NCBI RefSeq assembly: GCF_000020025.1
Contig: NC_010628.1
Location: 6,840,001 to 6,872,000 of the forward strand
From: Nostoc punctiforme PCC 73102
GTDB taxonomy: Bacteria; Cyanobacteriota; Cyanobacteriia; Cyanobacteriales; Nostocaceae
Length of the DNA: 32,000 nt
Direction: 5' to 3'
Notes under the pieces: model-generated
Seen by the model: only the letters and a program-made list of their open reading frames with translations
What the model was told of the DNA's origin: nothing
Databases searched by the model: none
Shown: positions 15,176 to 24,178 of the stretch, one piece after another
How the letters are laid out: each line of letters begins with the position of its first letter
Position numbering within the stretch: the stretch's first letter is position 1
Translations under genes and position numbers: made by a program

Positions 15176-15286
15176 TTAGCCAATATCGTCCCTTTCAATG
15201 TATAAAAATAGAAACGCGAAGGTCACAGCTGGCAAAACCCAACCAATTATGGGAACGAAGATAGAAGGCAAAAAGGAAGCTGCCAT
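15176..15286 (-). CDS. psaI: Photosystem I reaction centre subunit VIII
   Basis: Hand-translated 36 aa: [36 protein letters not shown]. This matches the conserved PsaI pattern (FLPxIxVPxxGWxxPxxxxxxLFLYIExxD). AGGA lies 13 nt upstream. It is not in the ORF track. Confidence 0.7.
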   Translation of the reverse strand: MAASFLPSIFVPIIGWVLPAVTFAFLFLYIERDDIG

Positions 15287-15386
15287 AGTAAAGGTTCCTG
15301 TTAAATAACACTACAATTCAAAATGAGCTTACTGCAAATTCTGCCAAGATTTTTGAAATTCTAAAGATTTTTAACACAGCCCATCT

Positions 15387-15503
15387 TGGGAGAAAAGGGG
15401 AGCAGAGGGAGTCAAGGGGACAAGGAGGAATTATGGAACCTCCCTTGTCTTCCCCCTCTTCCTTGTCTCTTTTTCATGCTCAATGCCCAATGCCCCCATC
15501 CCT
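15387..15503. repeat. Second copy of the dispersed GGGGAGCAGAGGGA...ATGCCCAATGCCCCC element
   Basis: Aligned by eye with 13838-13977. It abuts the stop codon (15507-15509) of the 1010-aa ORF and generates the spurious ORF 15386-15577. Confidence 0.7.
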
Positions 15504-15506
15504 TGG

Positions 15507-18500
15507 TTACATACCCAGGAGTTCATCTAGCTGCAAGTTTGGCAAGTCTGGAGGAATCACGGTTCGCACTATTGTGACTTTGTGGCTTTCTTGTTGAGTT
15601 GTCAAATCAAGTGCGATCGCTTCTATGCGAATTTCTAAACAGCCAAAGGGAATCTTTAATTGTGTCATTACTTCCAGACCTCCCAATACATTAGGTAGTA
15701 AATTTGTCAATAAATGGGGTCCATCTAGTAACCAGCGAGTTTGATAATCTTCAACCCATAACTTCACAACCACTTGGGGAGGAACTTCAGGCAGTACTAC
15801 GCGCACTATGATCAACTTGTCGGCGATTAGTTCGCCTTCTGGTACATACAGTTGCGGAATTGGCAAAGGCTCAATGGCACCCGCAGTTATGGATAGAGAA
15901 GGGGATAAAGCTAACAAAGGTTCCTTCTCTTCTTCTAAGAAGTAATTATTAGTTGCATCGGCTTCTAGTTCACTCTCTGTATCATCTACAACGATTTCTT
16001 GCGCCAACCAAGCTGACGCTATATTTACTTTTATGGGAGGAGGGGGAGGCGGTAGTTGTCTTACTAAAGCCATTGAAAGTGTTGATTCAGATACTTTTTC
16101 TATCGCCGTATCTTCCACTGTCTCTAGATCGGTTTCCTTTACTGTGTCTGTATCTTCCCCAAAGTTCTCAAGATCAAAAACTGACTCTTGGCTTTCTTCC
16201 CACGTCTCTGTGGCATCATCCAGACTTAATGGCAAGTTGACATCAACATCGGGAGTTCCAGCACTAAGAAAAAGCTGGGTCTGCTGGGCTGAAACATTGC
16301 TATCGTAGTTTTGAGATTCCAGTTCATTGATGGATTCAGGCAAAGAGTATCCTTGGCTCTGCATCCACTTCCTTAGTAAAGGAGATGAGTAGAGGTTGCC
16401 TGTTGTAATGAATTGTGCGTTTGGCTGGGTTTCTACCTCAGCAACAAATTCTTCCTGAAATTGTTCATTTGGCTGGGTTTCTACCTCAGCAACAGATTCT
16501 TCCTGAAATTGTGCATCATCTAGTACTAATTCCGGTACATTTTCATCCTCAGCTACAATTGCGTCTAACTGCGGGAAGTCTTCAGTCGCTTCAACTGCCA
16601 ATCTATCTGGGGGGACATTATTTTTGACTTCTTCTGCATGACCTGGCAAAGCTTGTACCCGTCTCAAGTATGGAAAAGTCGTATTGAGTATTGACATTCG
16701 ATGTTGCTTGATAACTAACTGCTCCAAGTTGATAGCAGCTATAGTAGTATCCTTTTCTACAAGCTCCTCTTGTGTAGGGGATTCTGCAATAACATCTGTG
16801 CGAGGGTTGGCATCGATTTGAAGAGGTGGCAATTTCGGCAATTGAGGCGAATTGCCTGAATTCTTTAAGTTAGATGTCCGCAGAGTGGTTTCTCGCAGAA
16901 CTTGCAGGTTAATTTGCGGCGGTAAAGCTGTATTTGGAGATGGATTGAGTATTTGAGATTGGTCTGTTTTTGAAATCTTGACCAGATTGAATAGTTTTAA
17001 ATCGATTCTCACTGCGGTCTCTGGCTCTGTGGAAGCATCAGGCGAGTCCGATGGGGCTATAGGGTCATTTAAGGATGTACTAGGTTTTGCTGCGGCTGTT
17101 ATTGCCAGTAATTCTGTTACATCTGCTGTAATGGTGAAGGACTGGCTAGCTAACCGGATGATTTCATCAACATCGGTGAATCGACCATACAAACTGATAT
17201 CTGCCAAAATTAACTTCGACTCAAAGTCAGCAGGAATATCAATTGAGGTATTGATGGTGAAGGGCAACTCCTGGTCTGGTAAGTGCCGTATCTGGGTCAA
17301 GATTTCCGACTCTAGGGGCGATCGCAGTTCAATTCCTAGTTCAAGCGCCTGCAAGCTTTTTGGAGATAATGTTTCACCCTGCTCTAAATTTGTCTTGTCT
17401 TTAAGTTCTATGCGCCCATTTATTGTAAGAGCTTGTCCCCAACGAGCAATATAACTATCTCGATCTAAAGTTAACAATAATGGTGGTTCTGTTGCTGGCG
17501 AATCTGTAACCTCTTCATCATTCAGAAGCAGTTCAGAATCGGGTAAAGCTAAATCTATTAAATTTTGTAAAATTTGCTCTGCCGTCTCACCTTTGAGCCA
17601 TACAGGACTTACAGGATCATCGATAACTATATCTTTTTCCGTTTCATCGGGAACAACTGTGGTGACAAGGTTGCTATCTGTAGCAATTTCCAATTTTGCC
17701 GAAACTGCGATCGCTTCATCTAGAGTAATTGCAGGCTCTTCCGGGGCAGTATCCAAGTTGCCTTCATCGGGAACAACTGTGGTGGCAGAGTTGCTATGTG
17801 TAGCAATTTCCAATTCTGCCGAAACTGCGATCGCTTCATCTAAAGTAATTGCAGCTTCTTCCGGGTCAGTATCCAAATTCTCTTCATCTGGAACAACTGT
17901 GGTGACAAGGTTGCTATCTGTAGCAATTTCCAATTTTGCCGAAACTGCGATCGCTTCATCTAGAGTAATTGCAGGCTCTTCCGGGGCAGTATCCAAGTTG
18001 CCTTCATCGGGAACAACTGTGGTGGCAGAGTTGCTATGTGTAGCAATTTCCAATTCTGCCGAAACTGCGATCGCTTTATCTAAGGTAATTACGAGTTCTT
18101 CTGGGGCGGTGCATTCCAAGTTTCCAGAAACAGTATCAGCCCGATCGGGTGAATTTAATTCTACATTTTTCCTTTGCTCTGCCTCTTCTTCCTCGGACAA
18201 TACTTTAATTTGGACACTGTATTGCCAAGATTTACCGAGTAAATCCGACATCAAATCGCCAGTACAGCGCAACTCCCAAACTCCCGTATCGAAGTAAGTA
18301 AAGGGAATTACCGCCATTAAGCCTTCTGAATTAGTGCGACGCGATCGCTTGAAAATTCGCCGCGTTGGTTGAACTTCCTGAGTTGAAGAGTGAGTTACCC
18401 GCACTTCCACGTCTGTATTAGAAAGGCTAGAACGAGCCAAAACTCTATACTGCCCTTCCAAAATTTCCAAATTTGGCGATTCTAGAATATGCCACGAGCG

Positions 18501-18539
18501 AGCGCCTTGTTTCTGTATCAGAAATTGCCAGTGTTCCAT
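15507..18539 (-). CDS. Large acidic repeat-containing hypothetical protein (1010 aa)
   Basis: This is the longest ORF in the window. It has ordered-looking N-terminal (about 120 aa) and C-terminal (about 130 aa) regions. The E/D/T/P-rich centre contains 4 x 40-aa repeats, a 2 x 16-aa repeat and a PPPPP run. No family was recognised. Confidence 0.75.
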   Translation of the reverse strand: MEHWQFLIQKQGARSWHILESPNLEILEGQYRVLARSSLSNTDVEVRVTHSSTQEVQPTRRIFKRSRRTNSEGLMAVIPFTYFDTGVWELRCTGDLMSDLLGKSWQYSVQIKVLSEEEEAEQRKNVELNSPDRADTVSGNLECTAPEELVITLDKAIAVSAELEIATHSNSATTVVPDEGNLDTAPEEPAITLDEAIAVSAKLEIATDSNLVTTVVPDEENLDTDPEEAAITLDEAIAVSAELEIATHSNSATTVVPDEGNLDTAPEEPAITLDEAIAVSAKLEIATDSNLVTTVVPDETEKDIVIDDPVSPVWLKGETAEQILQNLIDLALPDSELLLNDEEVTDSPATEPPLLLTLDRDSYIARWGQALTINGRIELKDKTNLEQGETLSPKSLQALELGIELRSPLESEILTQIRHLPDQELPFTINTSIDIPADFESKLILADISLYGRFTDVDEIIRLASQSFTITADVTELLAITAAAKPSTSLNDPIAPSDSPDASTEPETAVRIDLKLFNLVKISKTDQSQILNPSPNTALPPQINLQVLRETTLRTSNLKNSGNSPQLPKLPPLQIDANPRTDVIAESPTQEELVEKDTTIAAINLEQLVIKQHRMSILNTTFPYLRRVQALPGHAEEVKNNVPPDRLAVEATEDFPQLDAIVAEDENVPELVLDDAQFQEESVAEVETQPNEQFQEEFVAEVETQPNAQFITTGNLYSSPLLRKWMQSQGYSLPESINELESQNYDSNVSAQQTQLFLSAGTPDVDVNLPLSLDDATETWEESQESVFDLENFGEDTDTVKETDLETVEDTAIEKVSESTLSMALVRQLPPPPPPIKVNIASAWLAQEIVVDDTESELEADATNNYFLEEEKEPLLALSPSLSITAGAIEPLPIPQLYVPEGELIADKLIIVRVVLPEVPPQVVVKLWVEDYQTRWLLDGPHLLTNLLPNVLGGLEVMTQLKIPFGCLEIRIEAIALDLTTQQESHKVTIVRTVIPPDLPNLQLDELLGM
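16420..16515. repeat. Intragenic 48-bp tandem duplication
   Basis: tttggctgggtttctacctcagcaacaaattcttcctgaaattgttca is repeated with 2 substitutions. It encodes (E/A)QFQEE(F/S)VAEVETQPN twice. Confidence 0.9.
17641..18120. repeat. Intragenic 120-bp repeat x4 organised as a near-identical 240-bp A-B-A-B duplication
   Basis: The rows 17641/17761/17881/18001 align directly. A versus A' differs at 3 positions near the start. B versus B' is identical until about 18076. Each unit contains a HIP1 site. Confidence 0.95.
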
Positions 18540-19101
18540 TGTGAGTGATGCCCAGACCGACGAGCCTCTGAGTAATATTGTGTATTAACTTGCTTGCAAG
18601 TTTACCCCAGTATTTTGTAAATGTACCCCTTAAATAGTTATCTAGTTAACTCCGTTTTACCGGAAAATTCAATGGATCGCCGTGTTGCTTGTGTGTAAAG
18701 CTTTTTTTGTTTCCTGAATATTAACTTTGGCACTCTCCACGGCTAAATTAACAGGAATACAATGGACACTGTTGGCTGTCTACGATCAAATTAATAGGAA
18801 TATTTTTGTATCATTTTTTACTAAAGCTGTCAAATTTACAATAGACACAACATACAATAAAAATTAAGATTCACTTGACAATTGTTCTTGAATTGTGGTT
18901 ATCCACATTTTTGCTACAAAAAGGAAAGTAGGATGTGGCTTTTAAGTGGCTGATTTGCGATCGCCTCCGGCAGATGCAAAGCATCATCGCAAATCCACAG
19001 TTAACCGCGTAGCACGCCCCCAACTTACCTGAAGCGGTTCAAAAAAGTATCCTCACCTGAGTGAAATGTAGGTGACAATAAGGATTTACAGGAGGGATTC
19101 G

Positions 19102-19299
19102 ATGCTAGTCATTTTAATGGACGAGCAAATCCTTGCCCCTGAGCAAGTTTGCCAGTCTTGTTTACTCGCTGACAGGAGCGGTCAACCCCGTTGGCGTGGA
19201 GGTGAACTACGCTGTGGTCAAGCCATTCGCAAACTTACTCAACAGCAGCCAGACCAGTATGAGTGCATGATGGGCTTTCGCATTGCCCATATAGAATAG
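19102..19299 (+). CDS. Small Cys-containing hypothetical protein (65 aa from ATG 19102)
   Basis: ATG 19102 is preceded by CAGGAGGGA. The track ORF starts earlier at GTG 19072. No family was recognised. Confidence 0.4.
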   Translation: MLVILMDEQILAPEQVCQSCLLADRSGQPRWRGGELRCGQAIRKLTQQQPDQYECMMGFRIAHIE

Positions 19300-19380
19300 T
19301 TTAATTTACCAGCAAGACCAAGTAACTGCGTTATCCTAAGCTCAAGTAACTATATAAATTTAACCACAGGAGAACGCATA

Positions 19381-19857
19381 ATGTCTTGGCGCGGGTCTAC
19401 AACAGTTTCAGATAGAATTTTTGCTTGTTTGCCTTATTTGCTTCCTCTGATTGAGGTTTTTGTATTTGGTAGATATTTGCTATCAGATTTTCCACCGCTA
19501 CAACTACTGTTTCTGCCTCTTCTGCCATTGTTGAGAATTTACTACGGCGTGCGTTATGCAGGAATGATCATTTTCTTTGCTTTATTCTTGCTGGTAGTCA
19601 GAAACGAAAAAATTAGTCACTTTATTCGTTTCAACACCATGCAAGCAATTCTTTTGGACATCATTATCTTTTTGTTTAACATCCTCACTGATGTTGTGGG
19701 ACTAGTTCCCGTTGGTGGTTTCGCAATCCAAACTCTATCCACAACCATTTTTATCGGCATAGTGGGAGCAGTTGCATATTCAGTAATCCAGTCTGTAAGC
19801 GGGCGTTATGCAGAAATCCCAGCGATTTCCGATGCAGTGTACATGCAAGTACGCTAG
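19381..19857 (+). CDS. Tic20-family membrane protein
   Basis: 158 aa with four hydrophobic segments. DRIFACLPYLLPLIEV...HFIRFNTMQAILLDI resembles the cyanobacterial Tic20-like family. Confidence 0.7.
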   Translation: MSWRGSTTVSDRIFACLPYLLPLIEVFVFGRYLLSDFPPLQLLFLPLLPLLRIYYGVRYAGMIIFFALFLLVVRNEKISHFIRFNTMQAILLDIIIFLFNILTDVVGLVPVGGFAIQTLSTTIFIGIVGAVAYSVIQSVSGRYAEIPAISDAVYMQVR

Positions 19858-19859
19858 TC

Positions 19860-20633
19860 TTAACGAGCCACTATGGTATTTTCCAGGCGACCAATACCTT
19901 CAATTTCGACGCGGACGCGATCGCCTGGATGTAATTGACTTACACCCTCTGGTGTACCTGTAAGTATCAAATCACCTGGTAGTAGCGTCATTACCTGGCT
20001 AATGTAGGAAACTAAAACATCAGGGGAAAACACCATCTGATCGATACAGGCAGATTGAACTGGGTTAACATCGTCATTCACAAAAGTCTGCAATCTCGCT
20101 CCTGGATTTAACTCCCGTACAATCCAAGGGCCTAAAGGACAGAAAGTATCAAAACCTTTGGCTCGCGTCCATTGAGCATCCAGTTTTTGTAAATCCCGCG
20201 CTGTTACGTCATTGGCGATGGTATAGCCCCAAATTTTTGTTTGGGCTACCTCTGGTGTACATTCAAAAGCGTAATCGCCAATCACTAATGCTAATTCTCC
20301 TTCGTAGTCAACTCTTTGTGACTGGGGAGGATACTTAATTTCCTTCTCAGATGGAATGATAGTCGTGGGTGGCTTGAGAAAGATTAGTGGTTCAGAAGGT
20401 ACTGGAGTTCCCATTTCGGCAGCATGTTCTGCATAATTCTTACCCACCGCCACAATTTTTGAGGGAGCGCAAGGAGCCAGAATTTGATAATTTTCTGGTG
20501 TCAAAGTTAAATCAGTTGGTTGTCCTTGTAACCAGGGCGGAGCATCTAGCACCTGCACATTGAGGGATAGTTGTAGTATCCCATAGTAAATCTGTCCTTC
20601 TTGATTTTGAATTCGCACGTAGCGCTGTGCCAT
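19860..20633 (-). CDS. Fumarylacetoacetate hydrolase (FAH) family protein
   Basis: VGKNYAEHAAEMG, DYEGELALVIG, GYTIANDVTARDLQ, KGFDTFCPLGPW and LLPGDLILTGTPEGV are present. ATG 20633 (MAQRYVRIQ...) is preferred over the TTG at 20675. Confidence 0.85.
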   Translation of the reverse strand: MAQRYVRIQNQEGQIYYGILQLSLNVQVLDAPPWLQGQPTDLTLTPENYQILAPCAPSKIVAVGKNYAEHAAEMGTPVPSEPLIFLKPPTTIIPSEKEIKYPPQSQRVDYEGELALVIGDYAFECTPEVAQTKIWGYTIANDVTARDLQKLDAQWTRAKGFDTFCPLGPWIVRELNPGARLQTFVNDDVNPVQSACIDQMVFSPDVLVSYISQVMTLLPGDLILTGTPEGVSQLHPGDRVRVEIEGIGRLENTIVAR

Positions 20634-21009
20634 AACCTTGATAAATATCCTTTTATCTGCGATTAGAAACTTCAAGCGGGTAGCAATTCTCAGTTAGCTT
20701 TTTAGCAAATCGATTTAGCGTTGAGGCTGAAAGCCGCTATAGAAGAAGATGTCCAGAAAGATACGTTGGTCTCCTCACTCCCCTTGCGGGTCAATGAGAG
20801 GCTCTGGAGATAGCCTTACGACCTAGTTTTCATTAGGGACATCCAACAAAAAATACGAACTTCGGCGATTTGGCTAATGATTCAAATTGAAAACTGGTAA
20901 GATTATAGTTCCTTGTTGCTTCCGATGTTGATTAATACTAGTATTTTAAATTTAAATTTAGTATAAATTAATGTCAGCAACCGTTTTGTCCATAAGGAAA
21001 CTGGAAAAT

Positions 21010-21360
21010 ATGACTACAAATTACGAAACAATGTACATCCTCCGTCCCGACCTAGGAGACGAACAGGCAGAGCAAGCAATTACTAAATATCAGAATTTGC
21101 TTCGTGACCAAGGCGCTGAGGATATCCAAATTCAAAATCGTGGTAAGCGTCGTCTAGCTTATGAAATTAAAAAACACCGCGATGGGATCTATATCCAGTT
21201 AAACTACACTGCGCCTGCAACTGCGATCGCTCCTTTTGAACGCGCTATGCGCTTGAGTGAAGAAGTGATTCGCTATTTGACAATTAAGCAGGATATCGCA
21301 GAGGAAAAACCCCCTAAAGAGGAAAAGGAAAAGCCTACTAAAGTAGCTGCAACAGTCTAA
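21010..21360 (+). CDS. rpsF: 30S ribosomal protein S6
   Basis: [19 protein letters not shown]...[23 protein letters not shown] 21010 with AAGGA upstream is preferred over ATG 20971. Confidence 0.92.
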
Positions 21361-21440
21361 GGAGCAGGGAACAGACAGAGGGGAGCAGAGAAGCAGTTTT
21401 AGTAAATCTTTCCCCAATTCCCCCAATTCCCAATTTCCAT
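21361..21440. repeat. Related dispersed element (GGGGAGCAGAG...CCCCAATTCCCCCAATTCCCAAT) immediately after the rpsF stop
   Basis: It shares the GGGGAGCAGAG core and a CCCCAAT-type tail with 13838-13977 and 15387-15503. Confidence 0.55.
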
Positions 21441-21574
21441 TCAGTAAAATTTTGTCTTCTTCTTTTTTCGTAACTTATTTGGGAATGCTAAATTAACAAA
21501 TACTTGCCAAAGGTAGTACTCCCGCAGTTATACCTAAGAGTGGACAAGATTCTGAATGGGAGCTGTAAGCTACT

Positions 21575-22135
21575 GTGAGCCAATCTGATACACCCAATAT
21601 TCAAATTCTATATACGGAAGTTTCGCAGCTACGCCAAGAGTTGCAACTCCGCGATCAATTAGTGCAACAACTATCTCAAGAACTCTTCCGGCTGGTAAAG
21701 GGTAATACTAGTTTTATGCCCCAGCAGCAGGAGCTTGAGCGCGATCTGAGCCAGTTACAGGCATTGCAAGAACAACTCCAAGCCGTTGAGCAGCAGGTGG
21801 CGTTCTACCAAGAGCAAATTACAACTCGTGACTCCGAAATTTATCAATTGCGACAGTCAGTCCAAGAACTTACAGATCGCACTCGGATGTTAGAGCAAGT
21901 AGTACAAGAGTTACCTCAAATTTACCGTCGAAAGTTTGAGGAGCGGATGACACCAGTGAGAGAAAAGGTAGCAATGCTACAACGGGAAAATCGCCAACTG
22001 CAAGCAGAACTGCAAAGTGTGAGTTACCGTTTAGCACTCAAAACTCGCAATGCTAGTCACAGTGGAATTGATTTGCCAAATTTTCCCCGCCCAGCGTCGG
22101 AACAAACTAATCTTTCAACTCCCCAGAATGCCTAA
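21575..22135 (+). CDS. Coiled-coil hypothetical protein (186 aa, GTG start)
   Basis: It has a Q/E/L-rich heptad-like sequence throughout (LRQELQLRDQLVQQLSQELFRL...). No enzymatic motif was seen. Confidence 0.5.
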   Translation: MSQSDTPNIQILYTEVSQLRQELQLRDQLVQQLSQELFRLVKGNTSFMPQQQELERDLSQLQALQEQLQAVEQQVAFYQEQITTRDSEIYQLRQSVQELTDRTRMLEQVVQELPQIYRRKFEERMTPVREKVAMLQRENRQLQAELQSVSYRLALKTRNASHSGIDLPNFPRPASEQTNLSTPQNA

Positions 22136-22602
22136 AGTTACTATTATGGTGGAATCGAAGAGGTAAGAAATTATCGATAGCAAAGCATCTTGGAGACATC
22201 CAGGTAATACGTTAAGTAAAAATCACTATAGAGTTAGAAATAACGCAAAGGCTAATATTCTAACCTTTCTTACCTCTTGCTTCTTTGTGCTAGTTGCGTC
22301 GGATGTAGAGCAATTAGCTTAGAGTAATTTAATGGCCCTAGGGAAGAATGCAAAGAATTGCATTTTCTTTGACTGATTTTGGTAATTTTCCGCTTTTATC
22401 TGTCTTGAGGCCACCTAGTTCAAAGCCATAAGTTTTCCTTAACATTTCATTATCTAGATAATATAAAAAATCAGCCTGCTAGCACCAGACTGTTATCTTT
22501 GACGATGTGAGAATATTTGGGGAATGTGAAAAAATGCAAATGTTTATTGACTCTAACATCCATCTGAAGGTAGATTTATTATCTGAGCCTGCTAGCACCA
22601 GA

Positions 22603-22935
22603 CTAAATATCTTCACCAGTAAAAATGTCTTCGTAAGTGGGAAAAATTTCAAAAACTGAATCTAGCTGGGTAAGTTCCAAAATTAGCCGTACAGGAGCTT
22701 GCACGTTGCATAGAACTAAACGGCAACCGCTCTGGCGTGCAGCCTTCAACCCTTTGACTAAAGGGACTAACCCAGAACTGTCCATGAAATTAACTTCTGC
22801 TAAATCAATAACCCAGAGTTGATGAGCTTGAGGCACTACTCCAGCCATCTGTTCGCTCAAAGCCTTGCCGCCTTCTAAGTCTATGCTTCCTTGGGGTTTA
22901 AACAAAATAACTTGAAGTTCTTGTGTGAGAATCAT
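22603..22935 (-). CDS. STAS-domain anti-sigma factor antagonist (SpoIIAA-like)
   Basis: 110 aa. The FMDSSGL phospho-serine motif and LVLCNVQAPVRLILELTQLDSVFEIF are typical. Confidence 0.85.
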   Translation of the reverse strand: MILTQELQVILFKPQGSIDLEGGKALSEQMAGVVPQAHQLWVIDLAEVNFMDSSGLVPLVKGLKAARQSGCRLVLCNVQAPVRLILELTQLDSVFEIFPTYEDIFTGEDI

Positions 22936-23423
22936 AAATTGAACAGGGTAATTGGAATACTTGACTAAAAATCGAAAAATGACATAAATACCTCTTCTCT
23001 TTCAACGGCAAAATGACTGTTTTCCCTAGATATTTAGGAAATTGCAGCCGTGCAATTGAAAGTAATTATTTCAGTATTCATGTCGTATAATTTGTGATAA
23101 CTTTCATAAGTATAGGCATAAGGACATCATAATTTCGGTATCAAGCGTATCTTTTACGAAATTTTTATAATTTAACTAGAAATATATAAAGTTTTTGTAA
23201 TTTCTTTTTATTTATTTTCAAATAAAATTAACTTGTGATAGTAAATGCTAATATCTATAAAGTTAATAATCAAAAATTAATAGTTTCCATAGAGTATGAA
23301 CTATGGATTACTTAGAATTAAACTGATGATCGAATAAGTCAATGTAGCGGTTTGATTGACACCCCACCCAAAAACAAGCAAAGATATAGTAAAAGTAAAA
23401 ATTTGTAAAGACGGCGGTGCGGA

Positions 23424-24056
23424 ATGTCTTTAGAGCTGATTTCACTAGAAAATATCCAGGAATTGGCCCATAATTACGGGTATTGGGCAATTTTTTTGGG
23501 AATTTTGCTAGAAAATTTAGGCATTCCCCTTCCTGGTGAAACCGTGACCCTTGTGGGCGGGTTTTTAGCTGGCAGCGATGAACTAAATTACTGGCTGGTT
23601 CTCGGTGACGCAATTATGGGTGCAGTAATTGGCGGCACTTGTGGTTATTGGATTGGTAAAGTTAGCGGTTGGTCTTTTCTGGTAAAAGTTGGTAGCATAT
23701 TTCGGATTTCTGAAGTGCGGTTGCTGACTATTAAAGACCAATTTAGTCAAAATTCTGCTAAAGCTGTATTTTTCGGACGTTTTTTAGCATTATTGCGAGT
23801 TTTTGCGGCACCACTAGCTGGTATAGCCGAAATGCCTTTTGGAAAATTCTTTTTATACAATTTTTTAGGAGCAGTTGCTTGGGCTAGTTTGATGGTGACA
23901 TTAGCTTTTTTTGCTGGCAAAATTGTCTCTTTAGAACAATTGGTTGCTTGGGTAGGTCAATTTGCGATCGCAGCTTTACTAATCATCACTGCCTTAATTG
24001 TTGTACCCCTATGGCTAGAGTCTCGCCAAGTTAAAGAAGCGAGTAGTGAAGAGTAA
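23424..24056 (+). CDS. DedA/VTT-family membrane protein
   Basis: 210 aa. YGYWAIFLGILLENLGIPLPGETVTL and FFGRFLALLRVFAAPLAG are DedA signatures. Confidence 0.85.
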   Translation: MSLELISLENIQELAHNYGYWAIFLGILLENLGIPLPGETVTLVGGFLAGSDELNYWLVLGDAIMGAVIGGTCGYWIGKVSGWSFLVKVGSIFRISEVRLLTIKDQFSQNSAKAVFFGRFLALLRVFAAPLAGIAEMPFGKFFLYNFLGAVAWASLMVTLAFFAGKIVSLEQLVAWVGQFAIAALLIITALIVVPLWLESRQVKEASSEE

Positions 24057-24063
24057 AACTGAG

Positions 24064-24134
24064 GAGTTAGGAGTAAAGTAAAAAGTTATTTTTTGAATTT
24101 TTACTTTTGTATTTTGCATTTTAACTCCTAACTC
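24064..24134. terminator. Composite long hairpin between convergent dedA-like and argG genes
   Basis: gagttaggagt (24064-24074) pairs with actcctaactc (24124-24134). The inner pair is aaagtaaaaa/tttttacttt. A second AT-rich hairpin, attttagatt/aatctaaaat, lies at about 24141-24168. Confidence 0.5.
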
Positions 24135-24178
24135 TGCCGATTTTAGATTTCTCCTTCAATCTAAAATTGAATTGACTC

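Noticed and set aside
17593-18297. A 234-aa plus-strand ORF antisense to the 1010-aa gene. ORFs 15953-16240, 16033-16308, 16415-16627 and 16978-17454 are similar.
   Set aside because: These ORFs lie entirely within the much longer minus-strand ORF. Their S/A/V-rich repetitive translation mirrors the acidic repeat on the other strand. This is typical of shadow ORFs.
20749-20843. A possible structured RNA between the FAH gene and rpsF. It contains UCUCCUCACUC, reminiscent of the Yfr1 sRNA core ACUCCUCACAC, and has closing pairing gatgtcc/ggacatc.
   Set aside because: The motif is imperfect at both ends. No Rho-independent terminator with a U-tail follows it, and I cannot verify covariation. 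It is too weak to call an ncRNA. A covariance-model search with Infernal/Rfam would decide.
23308-23613. A 101-aa minus-strand ORF overlapping the dedA-like start.
   Set aside because: It overlaps the well-supported DedA ORF and extends into an AT-rich intergenic region. Its composition is implausible (C/F/Y/N-rich).
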